The position numbers were made by a program, and so were the translations under genes. A stretch of 63,294 nt of DNA, the filler included, from Octopus bimaculoides (lineage: Eukaryota): NCBI RefSeq assembly GCF_001194135.2. It is 5 parts of 5 records of this genome, joined end to end, with 100 filler letters (N's around TTAATTAATTAA, not from the genome) between each part and the next. Parts side by side here need not be neighbours in the genome. Positions count along the whole stretch, not along the records: positions 1 to 29,301 come from NC_068987.1; 4 more parts are not named here. One strand, written 5' to 3'. The first letter of the stretch is position 1, and each line of letters starts with the position of its first letter. Below are positions 1 through 13,320 of the stretch, piece by piece. The notes under the pieces are model-generated. The model made no database searches. It was not told the DNA's origin and worked only from the letters and a program-made list of their open reading frames with translations.

Positions 1-6
<6 letters not shown>

Positions 7-39
<33 letters not shown>

Positions 40-95
40 GAGAGAGAGAAACAGAGAGAGAGAAACAGAGAGAGAGAGATGGAGAGAGAGAGAGG
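7..95. repeat. (GA)n/(GAAACA) compound microsatellite
   Basis: Direct inspection. Confidence 0.95.
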
Positions 96-672
96 AGGGG
101 AATGAGACAGGTATATAAAACAGTCATACAGAAACATGTCGATATACGTTTAATTATTTGTTTATGTTCTCATATCATACACAAACACAGACATACACGC
201 ACACATACACATGCGTCTATGCATGTATACACTCAAACACAAATATATTTTACTGCCATTGACAAAATAAATAAATAAACAAGTAAATAAATATACAGAC
301 GTTACTCTTTCATCTTCAACAAAGTGCTGAATGCAATGTTTCAAAGGTCACGTGCCCTTCCATTTCGCAATTAGTCTACCAGGTTGTAAAACGTTATACC
401 AATTTCACGTAGGAAACACATCGTAGATTTTCAATGATAATGCTTTGACGGTGGCATAACGAGTTCAACTAAGTGATTCCTGGGTCAGATATTATAGAAG
501 CTACGGTAGAAGCTTTCAAATTTGATTGATGGAGGTAAATATTGTAAACGTCATACGGAAAGATAACAAGTATATTGCCAAGGTGAGCAGCTTCAACACC
601 TTTTTTTTATTATTATAAGTTATGAATCTACAACCATTGCTTGTAATATGCAATATTACAAGGAAGCATGGA

Positions 673-673
<1 letters not shown>

Positions 674-720
<47 letters not shown>
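674..720. repeat. (ATCT)n microsatellite, representative of many di/tetranucleotide arrays in the window
   Basis: Direct inspection; source of the YLSI/IYIY-type spurious ORFs. Confidence 0.95.
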
Positions 721-722
<2 letters not shown>

Positions 723-806
723 GTGTCTTACTCCCTGTTTGTCTGTCGCTCTATCAATCTATCTGTCAATATACTCACATATGTATACATGGGGATGTGT
801 TCACAA

Positions 807-849
<43 letters not shown>

Positions 850-1631
850 CATACACACATAAATATATACATATATATGCAACTATACATAGGTGCTTAC
901 ATACACATACAGAGATAACATAGGTATTTATATATAATTATATATATACATATTTCTATATGTGTATATGTATTTATATGTACATAAATAAACACAGGAT
1001 TTATACACACACACACACACACACACATATATACACACATACACACACACACAAAAACGCACACACATAGAACTTAAATGCGGGCTACTATACGTTTCCT
1101 GTTCCGATAGTGAAGTAGACGGGCGACCTTGTATAGAGTGCCATATACTATCTAGCAATCTGTTAGGTTCATATATATTGATGCATGGATTCTTAGGTTG
1201 CATAGGTTTGATTTCACAAACCGGTGAAATAATATACAAAGAGAAAAGGAGAACACGTATTTCTCTAATGACTGCCTGCAAAGCCGCATAAATGGCAGAG
1301 CATCTATCAATATAAGTGCCTTACAGTAAACTCAAAGCCTTGAATCACTTACATACCTTGCCCTCCAACAACAACCTATCTTGGCCATTGGGCCGAGGTA
1401 TAAATATGTTTTTGATGCGACACATCTTAATTCATCGAACTTTGAGCCATACTTACGTAACATAGAACAGCGTCAGACAACAGTTACAAAATATATTTAA
1501 AAAGGTAAATGGATGAGAATACTTATGCATGTCTGCGTGTCCATGCGTGTTTGTACGTACGAATGTATTCTTGTATGTAAATATGTATGAATGCATACAT
1601 GTATATGCGTGAGTACGTACGTATGTATATA

Positions 1632-1790
1632 GTTCAAATTTATAGAAAAACAAAGACGAAGACAGGTGTAGGAAGTCGGGAAAAATAGAAATGTTTTTTT
1701 TATGTTTCGAGCCTACGCTCTGCGACAGAAAGGAATCAGAGAAAGTAAATATTGAGAGAATGAAAAACACGTGTTGAAGTCAGTGGGCCA
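1632..1790 (-). mobile_element. Short interspersed repeat (possible Penelope pLTR-derived) with hammerhead-like motif, copy 1
   Basis: Reverse complement shares CCTTTCTGT-GAGCGTAGGCTCGAAACAT and CACCTGTCTTCGTC with 2393-2590. Confidence 0.6.
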
Positions 1791-2094
1791 ACATGGCGAA
1801 TGATATACGTATATATATATTTATGTACGCGTGTAGTTATGGAATTATGTATGCATGCATGTATGTATGTATGTATGCAATTATGTATGTATATAATTAT
1901 GCATGCATATACATGCGTGGATACATACGTATGTATATATGTTTGTACGCATGTATGTATATATGTATATAATTATGTATGTAATGTTCGTTTTTCTCTT
2001 TAATTTAGATTTAATTTTAAACGGTTATCAGCATGGTCGCAAAGTTAAAAAAGTAAAGTTATAAAGTAAAGGATATACACACACATATATATAA

Positions 2095-2135
<41 letters not shown>

Positions 2136-2392
2136 TATATATAGCGGTTGCCTGTTCATGACATTTTTCACACTCCAACTGCCATCATTACAGCTAGTAA
2201 GTAATCCCAAGCCCCCAGAAACAGCTGTCGGAACTAAAAATCAATGCTCTCAACCCTTAATTTTCTGTATCTTTTGTACTACATGTGTTTTGAAAATACA
2301 TGTGTAATGCAAATACATAAACATTTACAATACATGAGTATTGATCTTCTGAATATTTTGGGGGGTTGTTTTTGCACTCTAAATATATATAT

Positions 2393-2590
2393 TTATCACT
2401 ATCCATGATAGATCGCTAACCACTACACACATTTTTTTTCTCTCCTTGTTTGTTTCTGTGTTCCTTTCTGTGGAAGAGCGTAGGCTCGAAACATTAAAGA
2501 CGTTTTCAATTCCCGAGTATTATACTAATACATCTATTTGTTTTCTACATCACCTGTCTTCGTCTGTTGTTTTTTTGTGAATTCTCCCTA
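2393..2590 (+). mobile_element. Short interspersed repeat (possible Penelope pLTR-derived) with hammerhead-like motif, copy 2
   Basis: Homologous to 1632-1790 in inverted orientation; GAGCGTAGGCTCGAAAC is identical in both. Confidence 0.6.
2464..2499 (+). ncRNA. Hammerhead-like motif, non-canonical core (A6 replaced by U, extra A), probably decayed
   Basis: Stem I CTTT/AAAG; core CTGTGGAA; stem II GAGC-gtag-GCTC; GAAA; stem III AC-A-T (one CpG-type change from palindromic ACGT). Confidence 0.35.
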
Positions 2591-2719
2591 TTATAGTCAA
2601 ATATATCCCTACATATATTTACATGTATATATGTATACTTATATGTATATTTTATATATATATATATTATGTATCAAATCCAAGCATGTTTATCTGTTTA
2701 TTTGCAACATTATCTCTCT

Positions 2720-2777
<58 letters not shown>

Positions 2778-2885
2778 NNNNNNNNNNNNNNNNNNNNNNN
2801 NNNNNNNNNNNNNNNNNNNNNNNNNNNNNNNNNNNNNNNNNNNNNNNNNNNNNNNNNNNNNNNNNNNNNNNNNNNNNNNNNNNNN

Positions 2886-2962
<77 letters not shown>

Positions 2963-3493
2963 ATGCTACATATATGCACATATTTAATGATGTTCTTCAA
3001 TAGTCAACAAGTCTAAAGTATTCAATATATTATAAAAATTAGAGTTTATATACACGAAAATATCGACCTTTTACCAACTGGTATATTTCTAGACCTGTTA
3101 CACTCATCTTCAGAGCTCACAGCGTGATTTCTCTAAATGAGCGAAGATACACTTGAAACTTTTGGGCCAGTGGAAGGTCGATATGACCTCTGAAGATGAT
3201 GTAGAAAGAAACTTGAAACACGTCTAGAAATGCATCGTCAGTATATACATATAAATATATACGCGCACATACCTATTCACAAACGTACACGCACGCACAC
3301 GCGGGCGCGTATATACATAAATTCACACGTGCACTCGCATACTGGTGAATGTGCTGTCCATCGACGCATATATTATTGCTTGTATATGTTAATATATACG
3401 TGTGTTTGTACGTAGAAGGCTATACAGAACACCAATGTCTCTCTTCATATATGTATATATATATATATCTGTTTATCACTCTCTCTCTCCTCA

Positions 3494-3556
<63 letters not shown>

Positions 3557-3647
3557 NNNNNNNNNNNNNNNNNNNNNNNNNNNNNNNNNNNNNNNNNNNN
3601 NNNNNNNNNNNNNNNNNNNNNNNNNNNNNNNNNNNNNNNNNNNNNNN

Positions 3648-3707
<60 letters not shown>

Positions 3708-3881
3708 CACACACGCATATATATATATATGTATGTATGCTTACGAATTACATGCCTGTTTCTGTTTGTATTAATGCATATATATGTATATGAATATAAT
3801 TATCACGATGATTTTATCGGAAAGGTTACAGTGACATTTCTTACCATATACATACATACTAATATATATATATATATATAT

Positions 3882-3920
<39 letters not shown>

Positions 3921-4578
3921 CATATATATGTGCATATACATTCATATATACACATACATACATACATACATACATACATACATACATACATAGAATATAC
4001 ACATGCAACATGCCATCGCAGTTTAAATGCACCAATATATTCATGCACCAAATTATTCATGCTGTTTACAACTTACCTCCAGTCAAGATACGCCGAACCT
4101 ATTTCGTATGATATCAATATCGATTCCAGAGTATCGAGTACTAATCAATTATGAGCACATTTAATAACATGCATGTTGTAACTGACCATCTCGTTATATA
4201 TATAGATCTTTTCATATATTCGTCTATTAATCAATACGTATTATCTAAAGGAATATTTAATGTATTGCTGTATAATTACATAGTGTTGCTTGACCCCCCT
4301 CAATCGAATAAATCTTTGATCAAAGGGGTTAACCTGATCTGGTCGAGTAGACCTATAGTCAAAGGCGTTATAATCGTGGCCAGGCCAAATCTTCTGTGTT
4401 TACATCTATCATCATAATTTGCATATATTTATTTATCTGTTTGTTGAGGTTGTAGCGTTTGTGAATTGTCATGGATTCGGTGGCTATTTCTAGTATGCCG
4501 ATCGACTGGGTAAAGGCCCTTTCATTGTCTCTGACAATATAAAGCGTGGTGAGTGTATATATGTGTGTATGTATGTGT

Positions 4579-4644
4579 TGTGTGTGTAACAAGGTGTGTG
4601 TAACAAGGTGTGTGTAACAAGGTGTGTGTAACAAGGTGTGTGTA
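4579..4644. repeat. 14-bp minisatellite (TGTGTGTAACAAGG), about 4.5 copies
   Basis: Direct tandem repeat. Confidence 0.9.
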
Positions 4645-5040
4645 GATAGATAGAGAGATAGATAGATAGATAGATAGGTAGATAGGTAGATAAACACACG
4701 CAAATAGACATCACACACGCACACAAGGTCTTTCAATACATTATGTGTAGCCGTCGGTGCAATTGGGTACAAGCTCTTTCAGCGGTTTTGAAATAACTGT
4801 TTCTAACACAAGCGCCAAATCTGAGGATCAGCAATATTAAGTTGAGGGGCTTTGTTGATTACATTGACTCTAGAACTTCATTTTTTTCGTCGACCCAGAG
4901 AAATAGTAAACGATGTTGTCCCGCGCAGGATTTGAACTCAGAACTTCCTCGACGACCTCGAAATTTCTGCGCTTTCACCAATCTAATAAAAGGTCAGCAA
5001 TTTTTGATGAGAGGTCGTTAGTCAGGTTGATCGAGTACAG

Positions 5041-5355
5041 TGTTATTGCTGTTATTGTTTGTTCCTTCTCAAGCCATGCATGGTTCATAAGGACCGCATT
5101 CCTGGTTTCATTGGCGTATAGGTCCCCACCTGGACGGGACGCCGGTCTGTTGCTGGTGAGCTGCTAGATGCAGTAGGAAAGAGTGAGAGAAAGTTGTGGC
5201 GAAAAAGTCAGCAGAAGTTCGCCATTACATTCTGCCGGAGCTGTGTAGAGCTTAGGTGTTTCGCTCATAAACCCACACATCGCCCGGTCTGAGATTCGAA
5301 CCCGCGATCCCTCGACTGCGAGTCCGCTGCTCTAACCACTGGGCCATGTGCTTCC
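5041..5355 (-). mobile_element. tRNA-derived SINE, OR1-like head and body with a distinct 3' tail
   Basis: Minus strand has A box TGGCCCAGTGG and B box GGTTCGAATC; body CCACAACTTTCTCTCACTCTT is shared with 44432-44813; AAC/AAT-rich tail. Confidence 0.85.
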
Positions 5356-5410
5356 ACGAGTGCAGTATTACGGCTGTAGTTTACTTTTATTTTTCTCGAA
5401 ACCAATAGAT

Positions 5411-5949
5411 TGGCAGAATCGTTGAACTTGTTAAGGCGGCGAGCTGGCAGAATCGTTACACGCCGGGCAAAATGCTTAGCAGTATTTCGTCTGCCGTTAC
5501 GTTCTGAGTTCAAATTCCGCTGATGTCGACTTTGCCTTTAATCCTTTCGAGGTCGATAAATTAGATGCCAGTTACGCACTGGGGTCGATGTAATGGACTT
5601 TGTCTGTCCTTGTTTGTCCCCTCTATGTTTAGCCCCTTGTTGGCAATAAAGAAATAAGAAACGTTAGCATACGAGCAAAATGCTTAGCGTTACTTCGAGC
5701 TAGCAGAAACGTTAGCACGCCGGGCGAAATGCTTAGCGGTATTTCGTCTGCCACTGCGTTCTGAGTTCAAATTCCGCCGAGGTCGACTTTGCCTTTCATC
5801 CTTTCAGGGTCGATAAATTAAGTATCAGTTACGCACTGGGGTCGATATAATCGACTTAATCCGTTTGTCTGTCCTTGTTTGTCCCCTCTGTGTGTAGCCC
5901 CTTGTGGGCAGTAAAGAAATAGGTACTTCGTCTGTCTTTACGTTCTGAG
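5411..5949 (+). mobile_element. Tandem multimer of SINE 'family A' (tRNA-derived; central domain possibly Meta-like)
   Basis: Repeated GGCGGCGAGCTGGCAGAATCG...GAGTTCAAATTCCGCCGAGGTCGACTTTGCCTTTCATCCTTTC units ending in GCCCCTTGTGGG...AAAGAAATA. Confidence 0.9.
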
Positions 5950-6382
5950 NNNNNNNNNNNNNNNNNNNNNNNNNNNNNNNNNNNNNNNNNNNNNNNNNNN
6001 NNNNNNNNNNNNNNNNNNNNNNNNNNNNNNNNNNNNNNNNNNNNNNNNNNNNNNNNNNNNNNNNNNNNNNNNNNNNNNNNNNNNNNNNNNNNNNNNNNNN
6101 NNNNNNNNNNNNNNNNNNNNNNNNNNNNNNNNNNNNNNNNNNNNNNNNNNNNNNNNNNNNNNNNNNNNNNNNNNNNNNNNNNNNNCATAGCCAAATTCAC
6201 TAACGATTCTGCCAACCCGCCGTATTCAACTGAATGTTTATTCTACATACATCAAGTGATTTTATCAATAGCTCTTATTCATTCGAGTGATTTATTACAT
6301 TCACTAATGGACTAAACTAGTGTTGTGGCTATTAAGTCTTCACAAATTTGTTGTTCTTTTACAAATGGAATAACATACTTAC

Positions 6383-6412
6383 CAGTTTCACCAAATAATG
6401 TCGAGATAATGT
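6383..6412 (-). CDS. Candidate 30-nt exon (phase 1-1 xIISTLFGET, or phase 0-0 TLSRHYLVKL)
   Basis: Acceptor tatttagcctag, donor CTG|gtaagt; open in two frames; no homology recognised. Confidence 0.35.
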
Positions 6413-6459
6413 CTAGGCTAAATATTCATAATGTTTAGCAATGTATTTCTCTCTCTCTC

Positions 6460-6490
<31 letters not shown>

Positions 6491-7089
6491 CACTCTCTCT
6501 CTCTCTCTCTTTCTCTCTCTCGTATATTATCTGATTTGTATGTTTGTCTATCTATCTTACCCTCTCACTACCTTTTCCTTCTCCCTCACCTTCTCTACGC
6601 TATATCTCTAACCATCTCAAAGAATCAACATTTACTGCTGTACGTGTGTGTATATAGATGTATATACACCCATACAAACATACACACTCACAGGCACACA
6701 CACCGCAACGCACCTATACGCACACATAAACACACATATATACATTCATAAGCACATACACACAAACACACCTACAGCTGTATGTATATATATACATAAA
6801 CATAAGCACGCAACCACACACACAAGTTCGAGTGTACAATGGAAAAAGGAATCATAACACTGTTGCTTTTTAACTTGCAACATAACGGTTGCCAGACACA
6901 ATTACTTCTAAAATTCTTTGTTGAAAATGTTCAAGGTTCGTAAACATGTTAAGAGGGAATTGCATAATTCTAGACCTTTAAATGCCAAAGTGCTGCCAAT
7001 AATAACGTCTGAGAAAGTGAGAATTATTATTACTGTTTTCTATCTTTAATGCCAATATCGGGAAGCAGGTTTCATAGTCTTCTGTAAAT

Positions 7090-7307
7090 AGTAATTCTTT
7101 CTGGTATAAAGCACAAAGCATGGAATTATTTGGGAGATGGAGCCAGTCGATTACATCGAGTCCAAGGTTCAACTTGTACTTAATTCATCCACCCTGAAAC
7201 GATGGAATACAAAGTCGACGGAAATTGAGCTGAAAGAGTAAAGCCGGAAAAAATACTGCTCGGTGTTTTGACCGGTGTGGTAAGTATTCTGATAACTAGC
7301 TGCCTTG
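7090..7307 (-). mobile_element. SINE family A, degenerate
   Basis: Similarity to 5435-5660 on the minus strand. Confidence 0.7.
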
Positions 7308-7653
<346 letters not shown>

Positions 7654-7820
7654 GTGGAGATGGACAAGAAACAATAAATCATATTATCTCTGGCTGCCCA
7701 GTCCTGGCTAAGAAGGAATATATTCACAGACACGACAGAGCTGGGACCTATATACACTGGAAGCTATGCCAACACTATGGAATAACAACAGAAAAAAGAT
7801 GGTATAAACACACGCCAACA
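7654..7820 (+). mobile_element. R4/Dong-like retrotransposon fragment (zinc knuckle / pre-REL endonuclease region)
   Basis: Translates GDGQETINHIISGCPVLAKKEYIHRHDRAGTYIHWKLCQHYGITTEKRWYKHTP, matching the R4-clade E-T-x-x-H-I-x-S-G-C...Y-x-x-R-H-D motif. Confidence 0.8.
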
Positions 7821-8395
7821 AATTTCCCCCGGACAGTTTGTATGATAAAATTCACTTTTATATTTAAAGGTTAAAGATCAGTGAGATTGCAGGCTCAATC
7901 TTGATACTAAATGTAACAAAGCTCACTGTTCGAATTGTTTGGCTAATGACGGTCGCTATCAGTAAAACCTGAATGAAAGTATAAACAAAAGAAAGCAGAA
8001 TTTAGTGAGATAAACGTCTCAAGCGGGTTCCTTTATATTCTGAAGGTTTTATCCGTCCTTAACGAAAGAAACTGACCCACAGTCACTCTAATCTCTAATT
8101 CTTCTTGTATATATCTTGTTCAGCAGTAACAAAACCACTTTATTATCTTCTTTGAATTTTATTAAATTAATTCTCTTTATTTTTCCATACAATCATGTGC
8201 AATATGGCCACGGGTTGGCAGAGTCGTCCGATCGAAAGATGAAATAAATTTGTTTGCGTCTTCTGCATTTTGTGTCCTATCCATGCAGAAGTAAGTTTTG
8301 ACTTTCTTCCATTGGGGATCCATAAATAAAAAAATAAGATCAATACTCGAATCTCTGTTTCTCTCCCCGACGCTCGCTCTCTCTTTTCCGTATCA

Positions 8396-8444
<49 letters not shown>

Positions 8445-8457
8445 CCTACCTATCTCT

Positions 8458-8510
<53 letters not shown>

Positions 8511-8534
8511 AGTCTATCGTCTTTGTCGTCCAGA

Positions 8535-8685
8535 AGGCCAGCAATTTTGAAGGAAGGGAGTTATTCGATAGTATTGACCACAGTAATTCACTGATACTCT
8601 ATTTAATCAACCCCAAAAGGATAAAAGGCAAAACTGACATCGATGTGCGATTTGAACTTAGAATTGTAAAGAACCAGAAAAAAAG
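8535..8685 (-). mobile_element. SINE family A, degenerate
   Basis: ACCCCAAAAGGATAAAAGGCAAAA...ATTTGAACTTAGAA resembles the reverse complement of the family A core. Confidence 0.65.
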
Positions 8686-8734
8686 TCACGATCTAATTAA
8701 CACCAACATCTTCATCCGCTAGTCAATCATGTAC

Positions 8735-8791
8735 CTTCTGTGCAGGACTTGATGTGGTAGAATGAACAGCCACCTCACCTTCAAACAAACA
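8735..8791 (-). CDS. Candidate 57-nt exon (CLFEGEVAVHSTTSSPAQK, phase 0-0)
   Basis: Acceptor ccgttattttag, donor AAG|gtacat; frame open. Confidence 0.35.
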
Positions 8792-8924
8792 CTAAAATAA
8801 CGGAGATAACGTAGTTGGAATGACTTTGAAAGGCGGGATGGGCATGAAATTTGTCCAGTTTAGCTAAAGGCAGTATAAATAGTAATGAAATAGCAAGCAA
8901 CACTTCAGCATGTCATCAGCTGCG

Positions 8925-9136
8925 ATCATCGTCGTCATCATCATCATCACAGCCATCATCATCACCACCAATATCATCATCCACCTCATCATCATCATCA
9001 CCATCATCATCTTCGTCGCCGTCGTCATAGTGATCATAATTATCATCGTCTTCAATACCATTACTACTACCATCATAATCCTCAGCATCATCATAATCAT
9101 CATCATTCGTCGTCGTCATTATCATCATCAATATCG

Positions 9137-9203
<67 letters not shown>

Positions 9204-9325
9204 TATCTTCATCGTTCGTCATCATCATCATCATCATTGTCATCATCACCGCCGCCATTACCACCATTATCATCATCATCATTCGTCATCATCACCATCA
9301 TCATCATCAGAATTACCACCACTAC

Positions 9326-9360
<35 letters not shown>

Positions 9361-9425
9361 ACATCATCACCGTAATCAACATCAGCAACCCTATCATGAA
9401 CAATAACAACATTACTATCGACATG
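8925..9425. repeat. Cryptically simple (CAT)n-rich trinucleotide array
   Basis: Direct inspection; gives poly-H/I/M/D pseudo-ORFs. Confidence 0.9.
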
Positions 9426-9709
9426 GCCTCATTCAGCTGTCTCTTTGTTCTACGAAATGATTAATTATATAATTATTATTAACAATGCCGCCAGCCTATA
9501 CCATAATCTATCTATGTTAGTTATTTATTTATGTCTGTATACCAATGTATCTTCCACTCATTACAACCCTCACCCTATACACTCACACACCCACACACAC
9601 ACATACTGCCCTAGGTCCTTCTTAGTCTCTTTTCCCTCCTTTCCGTCCTCTACTTAACGCACTCTCTCTTTCCCTCTCATTCTCTCTCTGAATATATATA
9701 CATACATGC

Positions 9710-9752
<43 letters not shown>

Positions 9753-10067
9753 ACACACGCACATACACACACACACATTTATATATACATACATGCATAC
9801 ATACATACATACATACATATGCATATGCATGTGTGTATATGCATATATATATGTATGTGTGTGTATGTATATGTGCATCTATATATACATATATATAGGC
9901 ATATATCTATATATACCTTTATATATATATACATATATGTATATATATAAAAGGTATGTATAGATATATGCCTATATATATGTATATAAGATATATGCCT
10001 ATATATATGTATATATATATATATATGCACATATATATATATATATATATATATAGANNNNNNNNNN

Positions 10068-10125
<58 letters not shown>

Positions 10126-10244
10126 GCACACACGCATATATGTGTTTGCAAGCGCGTGTGTGTGCGTGTGTGTGTGTGTGCGTGTGTGTGAATGTACATG
10201 TATGTATTTATGTATGTATCTATTCAGAACAATACAATTCTCTC

Positions 10245-10423
10245 TAAGGGATTAAGTCGATTACATCGACCTCAGTGTGTAACTGGTACTTAGTTTATCG
10301 ACCCCCGAAAGGATGAAAGGCAAAATGGACCTCGGCGGAATTTGAACTCAGAACGTAACGGCAGACGAAATGCCGCTAAGCATTTAGCCCGGCGTGCTAA
10401 CGTTTCTGCCAGCGCACCGCCTT
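10245..10423 (-). mobile_element. SINE family A, well preserved
   Basis: Near-consensus reverse complement with intact CpGs. Confidence 0.9.
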
Positions 10424-10469
10424 ATATCCTCTACATAATTAGCTTACTGCCTCCATCGAATTGACGTTG

Positions 10470-10592
10470 CCTGAACAGGAGCACAGTATACGACGCGTCA
10501 GGTGTTGAAATGTTCGCTGAGCAACATCAGATGAAGTTTTTGCTCGGTCAAGGAATTGAAACGACGATCTCACGATGGTTACAACATAGATA
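10470..10592 (-). mobile_element. OR2/CORE-like SINE fragment
   Basis: Reverse complement has CATCGTGAGATCGTCGTTTCAATTCC followed by GAGCAAAAACTTCATC, resembling the heads at 14249 and 22045. Confidence 0.4.
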
Positions 10593-11019
10593 NNNNNNNN
10601 NNNNNNNNNNNNNNNNNNNNNNNNNNNNNNNNNNNNNNNNNNNNNNNNNNNNNNNNNNNNNNNNNNNNNNNNNNNNNNNNNNNNNNNNNNNNNNNNNNNN
10701 NNNNNNNNNNNNNNNNNNNNNNNNNNNNNNNNNNNNNNNNNNNNNNNNNNNNNNNNNNNNNNNNNNNNNNNNNNNNNNNNNNNNNNNNNNNNNNNNNNNN
10801 NNNNNNNNNNNNNNNNNNNNNNNNNNNNNNNNNNNNNNNNNNNNNNNNNNNNNNNNNNNNNNNNNNNNNNNNNNNNNNNNNNNNNNNNNNNNNNNNNNNN
10901 NNNNNNNNNNNNNNNNNNNNNNNNNNNNNNNNNNNNNNNNNNNNNNNNNNNNNNNNNNNNNNNNNNNNNNNNNNNNNNNNNNNNNNNNNNNNNNNNNNNN
11001 NNNNNNNNNNNNNNNNNNA

Positions 11020-11148
11020 GGTCATAGGGTTATGCTCAAGATGGCTCCGTCGTTCACACGTGCCATCCTTGCTACATTCACCCATCTTTTTTTGAAGCAT
11101 TCACTAGACAAGACTTCCCTTTCTACTCTCACCTTCCTCTTCAGGTGA
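11020..11148 (-). mobile_element. L1/Tx1-like LINE ORF2 C-terminal fragment
   Basis: Minus frame LKRKVRVEREVLSSECFKKRWVNVARMARVNDGAILSITL*; the F-x-x-R-W terminal motif is typical of Tx1-like ORF2. Confidence 0.45.
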
Positions 11149-11152
11149 TACT

Positions 11153-11201
<49 letters not shown>

Positions 11202-11699
11202 GAAGCATGCCTCTACATATCAATATAGTATATTTTCTTTCCATTTGTCTGCTTAGCTATGGAGACTTTATCTCCAAGTCTTCCAATATGTCACTCCTCT
11301 ACAATTTCTTTCTCTCTTCCCCTCTCTATATCCCCATCACTTTCTCTTCCCCATCTCTACTACACTCCCCATATTTCTTAACATGTGCCCCTAGCCTCTC
11401 TTTCCTAGCTTTCTCTCAATCACAACAATCATTTTTTCCACGCTGCTCCTCGTACCACCAAGTCACGCTTCATTCGTTTATTGTTTTAGAGGAAGTTTCA
11501 AAACAAACCAAACAACAAAACGCAAAATTCTACCAATGCCTGCGATTGTAGTGATTGCCAAAATTCTAGTTTATTGCCAGAAGTAGAAGTAGTAGTGGGA
11601 GTAGGAGATGAAAGAGATAGTGGCGGAATTAGAAGAAATAAGCGTCAGCCTTGCTGTTACGGCTGTTGTTACAATTAGCGATGGTGCTGCTGTCGCAAA

Positions 11700-11702
11700 T
11701 GG

Positions 11703-11737
<35 letters not shown>

Positions 11738-12060
11738 CTGAAGACGATAATGATGAGCAGTATGATCGTGATCGTGATGACAACCACGACGACAACGATG
11801 ATGCTAATGGTGATGAACATTATGGTCATGATGACACTACGGCGACGACGGCGACGATGATGGTGATGACGACGACGACAACGACAACGACAATGATGAT
11901 GATGATGACGACGACGATGATGATCATCCTCATCATTATCATGACGACTACGACGATGATGATGGTGGTGATGATGATGACGACGACGACGACGACGAAG
12001 AGGAGGCGGAGGAGGAGGAGGAAGAGGAGAAGGAGGAGGAGGAGGAGGATAGTGATGACT
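11700..12060. repeat. (GAT/GAC/GAG)n compound trinucleotide array
   Basis: Direct inspection. Confidence 0.9.
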
Positions 12061-12747
12061 CTTGTTTAACCCCAGGAAAACATTTATCGAGAGATCTATA
12101 TCCAGAAATCTTCCAGCCATGATCGTCCCTTCTTTATTTTTTATTCTTTTTTATTCTTTCTACATATAAAGGCGGTAATGTTTGTGAGGGTGGCAGCGGC
12201 AGCCATGATGGCAATGGAGGTGATGGGGGGTGAAGGGTTGACTCTGGTGATGGTGTAATGGCTGTGGCAAAATGAAGTGGGGGAGCGGGGGAAGGTACAG
12301 CGGTAATGGGGATGATAATAATTGTGATGAACATGATCGCAATTAAGATGTTAATTATGACGATCATTATTATAATGATATGATTTCGAGTAAAGAAAAA
12401 ACAAAACAAAAAAAACACTCTAACAGAGACTGATATTGATGATTTTCTAATGAGACGTGAAGTTTTAGCAAAAATGTCAAGGAAATGGAGTGTAAAATGA
12501 GGATTTAATCTATTTTCGCGCTGTTTCCCTTGAATAATAATATCACAACACCGCTGTTCAATTAAGGTAGCGTTAACTACACATAACTAGCAAACGCCGT
12601 CTTACAACCATTGAACAAATATAATCTGAACTACTGCTGAGTAAACAGTTTTTTATCGACGGTTTAACTAACACAGTTAAATTATTAGTACTTCTGTCTA
12701 AAACAATTTAACTATCACAGTTTTGCAGATATATTTTAATCAATTTT

Positions 12748-12965
12748 AAGGCGGCTAGCTGGCAGAATTGTTAGGACATCGGTCAATATGCTTTGTGGTA
12801 TTTCTTCCGTCTTTATGTTCTGAGTTCAAATTCCACCGAGGTCGATTTTACCTTTCCTCCTTTCGAGGTCGATAAATTAGGTACCAGTTGAGTGCTGGAG
12901 TCGATGTAATCGACTATTCCCCTCCCCGAAATTTCAGGCCACGTTTCTGTAGTAAAAAGGAGATT
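12748..12965 (+). mobile_element. SINE family A
   Basis: AAGGCGGCTAGCTGGCAGAATTG...GAGTTCAAATTCCACCGAGGTCG. Confidence 0.85.
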
Positions 12966-13320
12966 TCAATTATTTTTAATTTGATATTAAAGTATTTAAC
13001 TAATACAATTTATCCATCATTTAGTTAACAGTTTTACCGACTTTTAACCATTACAACAAGAGATTTTTACCGATAATTTAACCTATAACAATCAAGTTTT
13101 AAAGAATCTAATATAATCTTACCACCATTTAACTATTGCAGTTATGCAGATATTTCAACCAGTTCAACTTGGTATTAAGCCATTAACTCTATTATTTTAC
13201 CACCGTTTAGCTAACGTAAATTTTCCAACAATTTAACGAATATAACTCCACTAAAATATGATTTGCTTAACTAACATCCTTTCATTCCATGAAACTGTCA
13301 GTTTTAACAATGATTAACAC

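Noticed and set aside
1080-1125. Minus-strand ACTAT..GAAACGT..ATAGT hammerhead-like fold
   Set aside because: Stem II is absent and the core is too divergent to distinguish from chance.
5283-5355. tRNA gene candidates here and at 14249, 22045, 35030-35090 and 44433
   Set aside because: They have A/B boxes but no acceptor-stem pairing and continue into SINE bodies; they are SINE heads.
8864-9464. Poly-His/Ile/Asp ORFs
   Set aside because: A (CAT)n array is open in several frames on both strands, typical of simple repeats.
11608-12120. Acidic, Arg-rich and Pro-rich ORFs
   Set aside because: Compound trinucleotide repeat with no recognisable domain or splice context.
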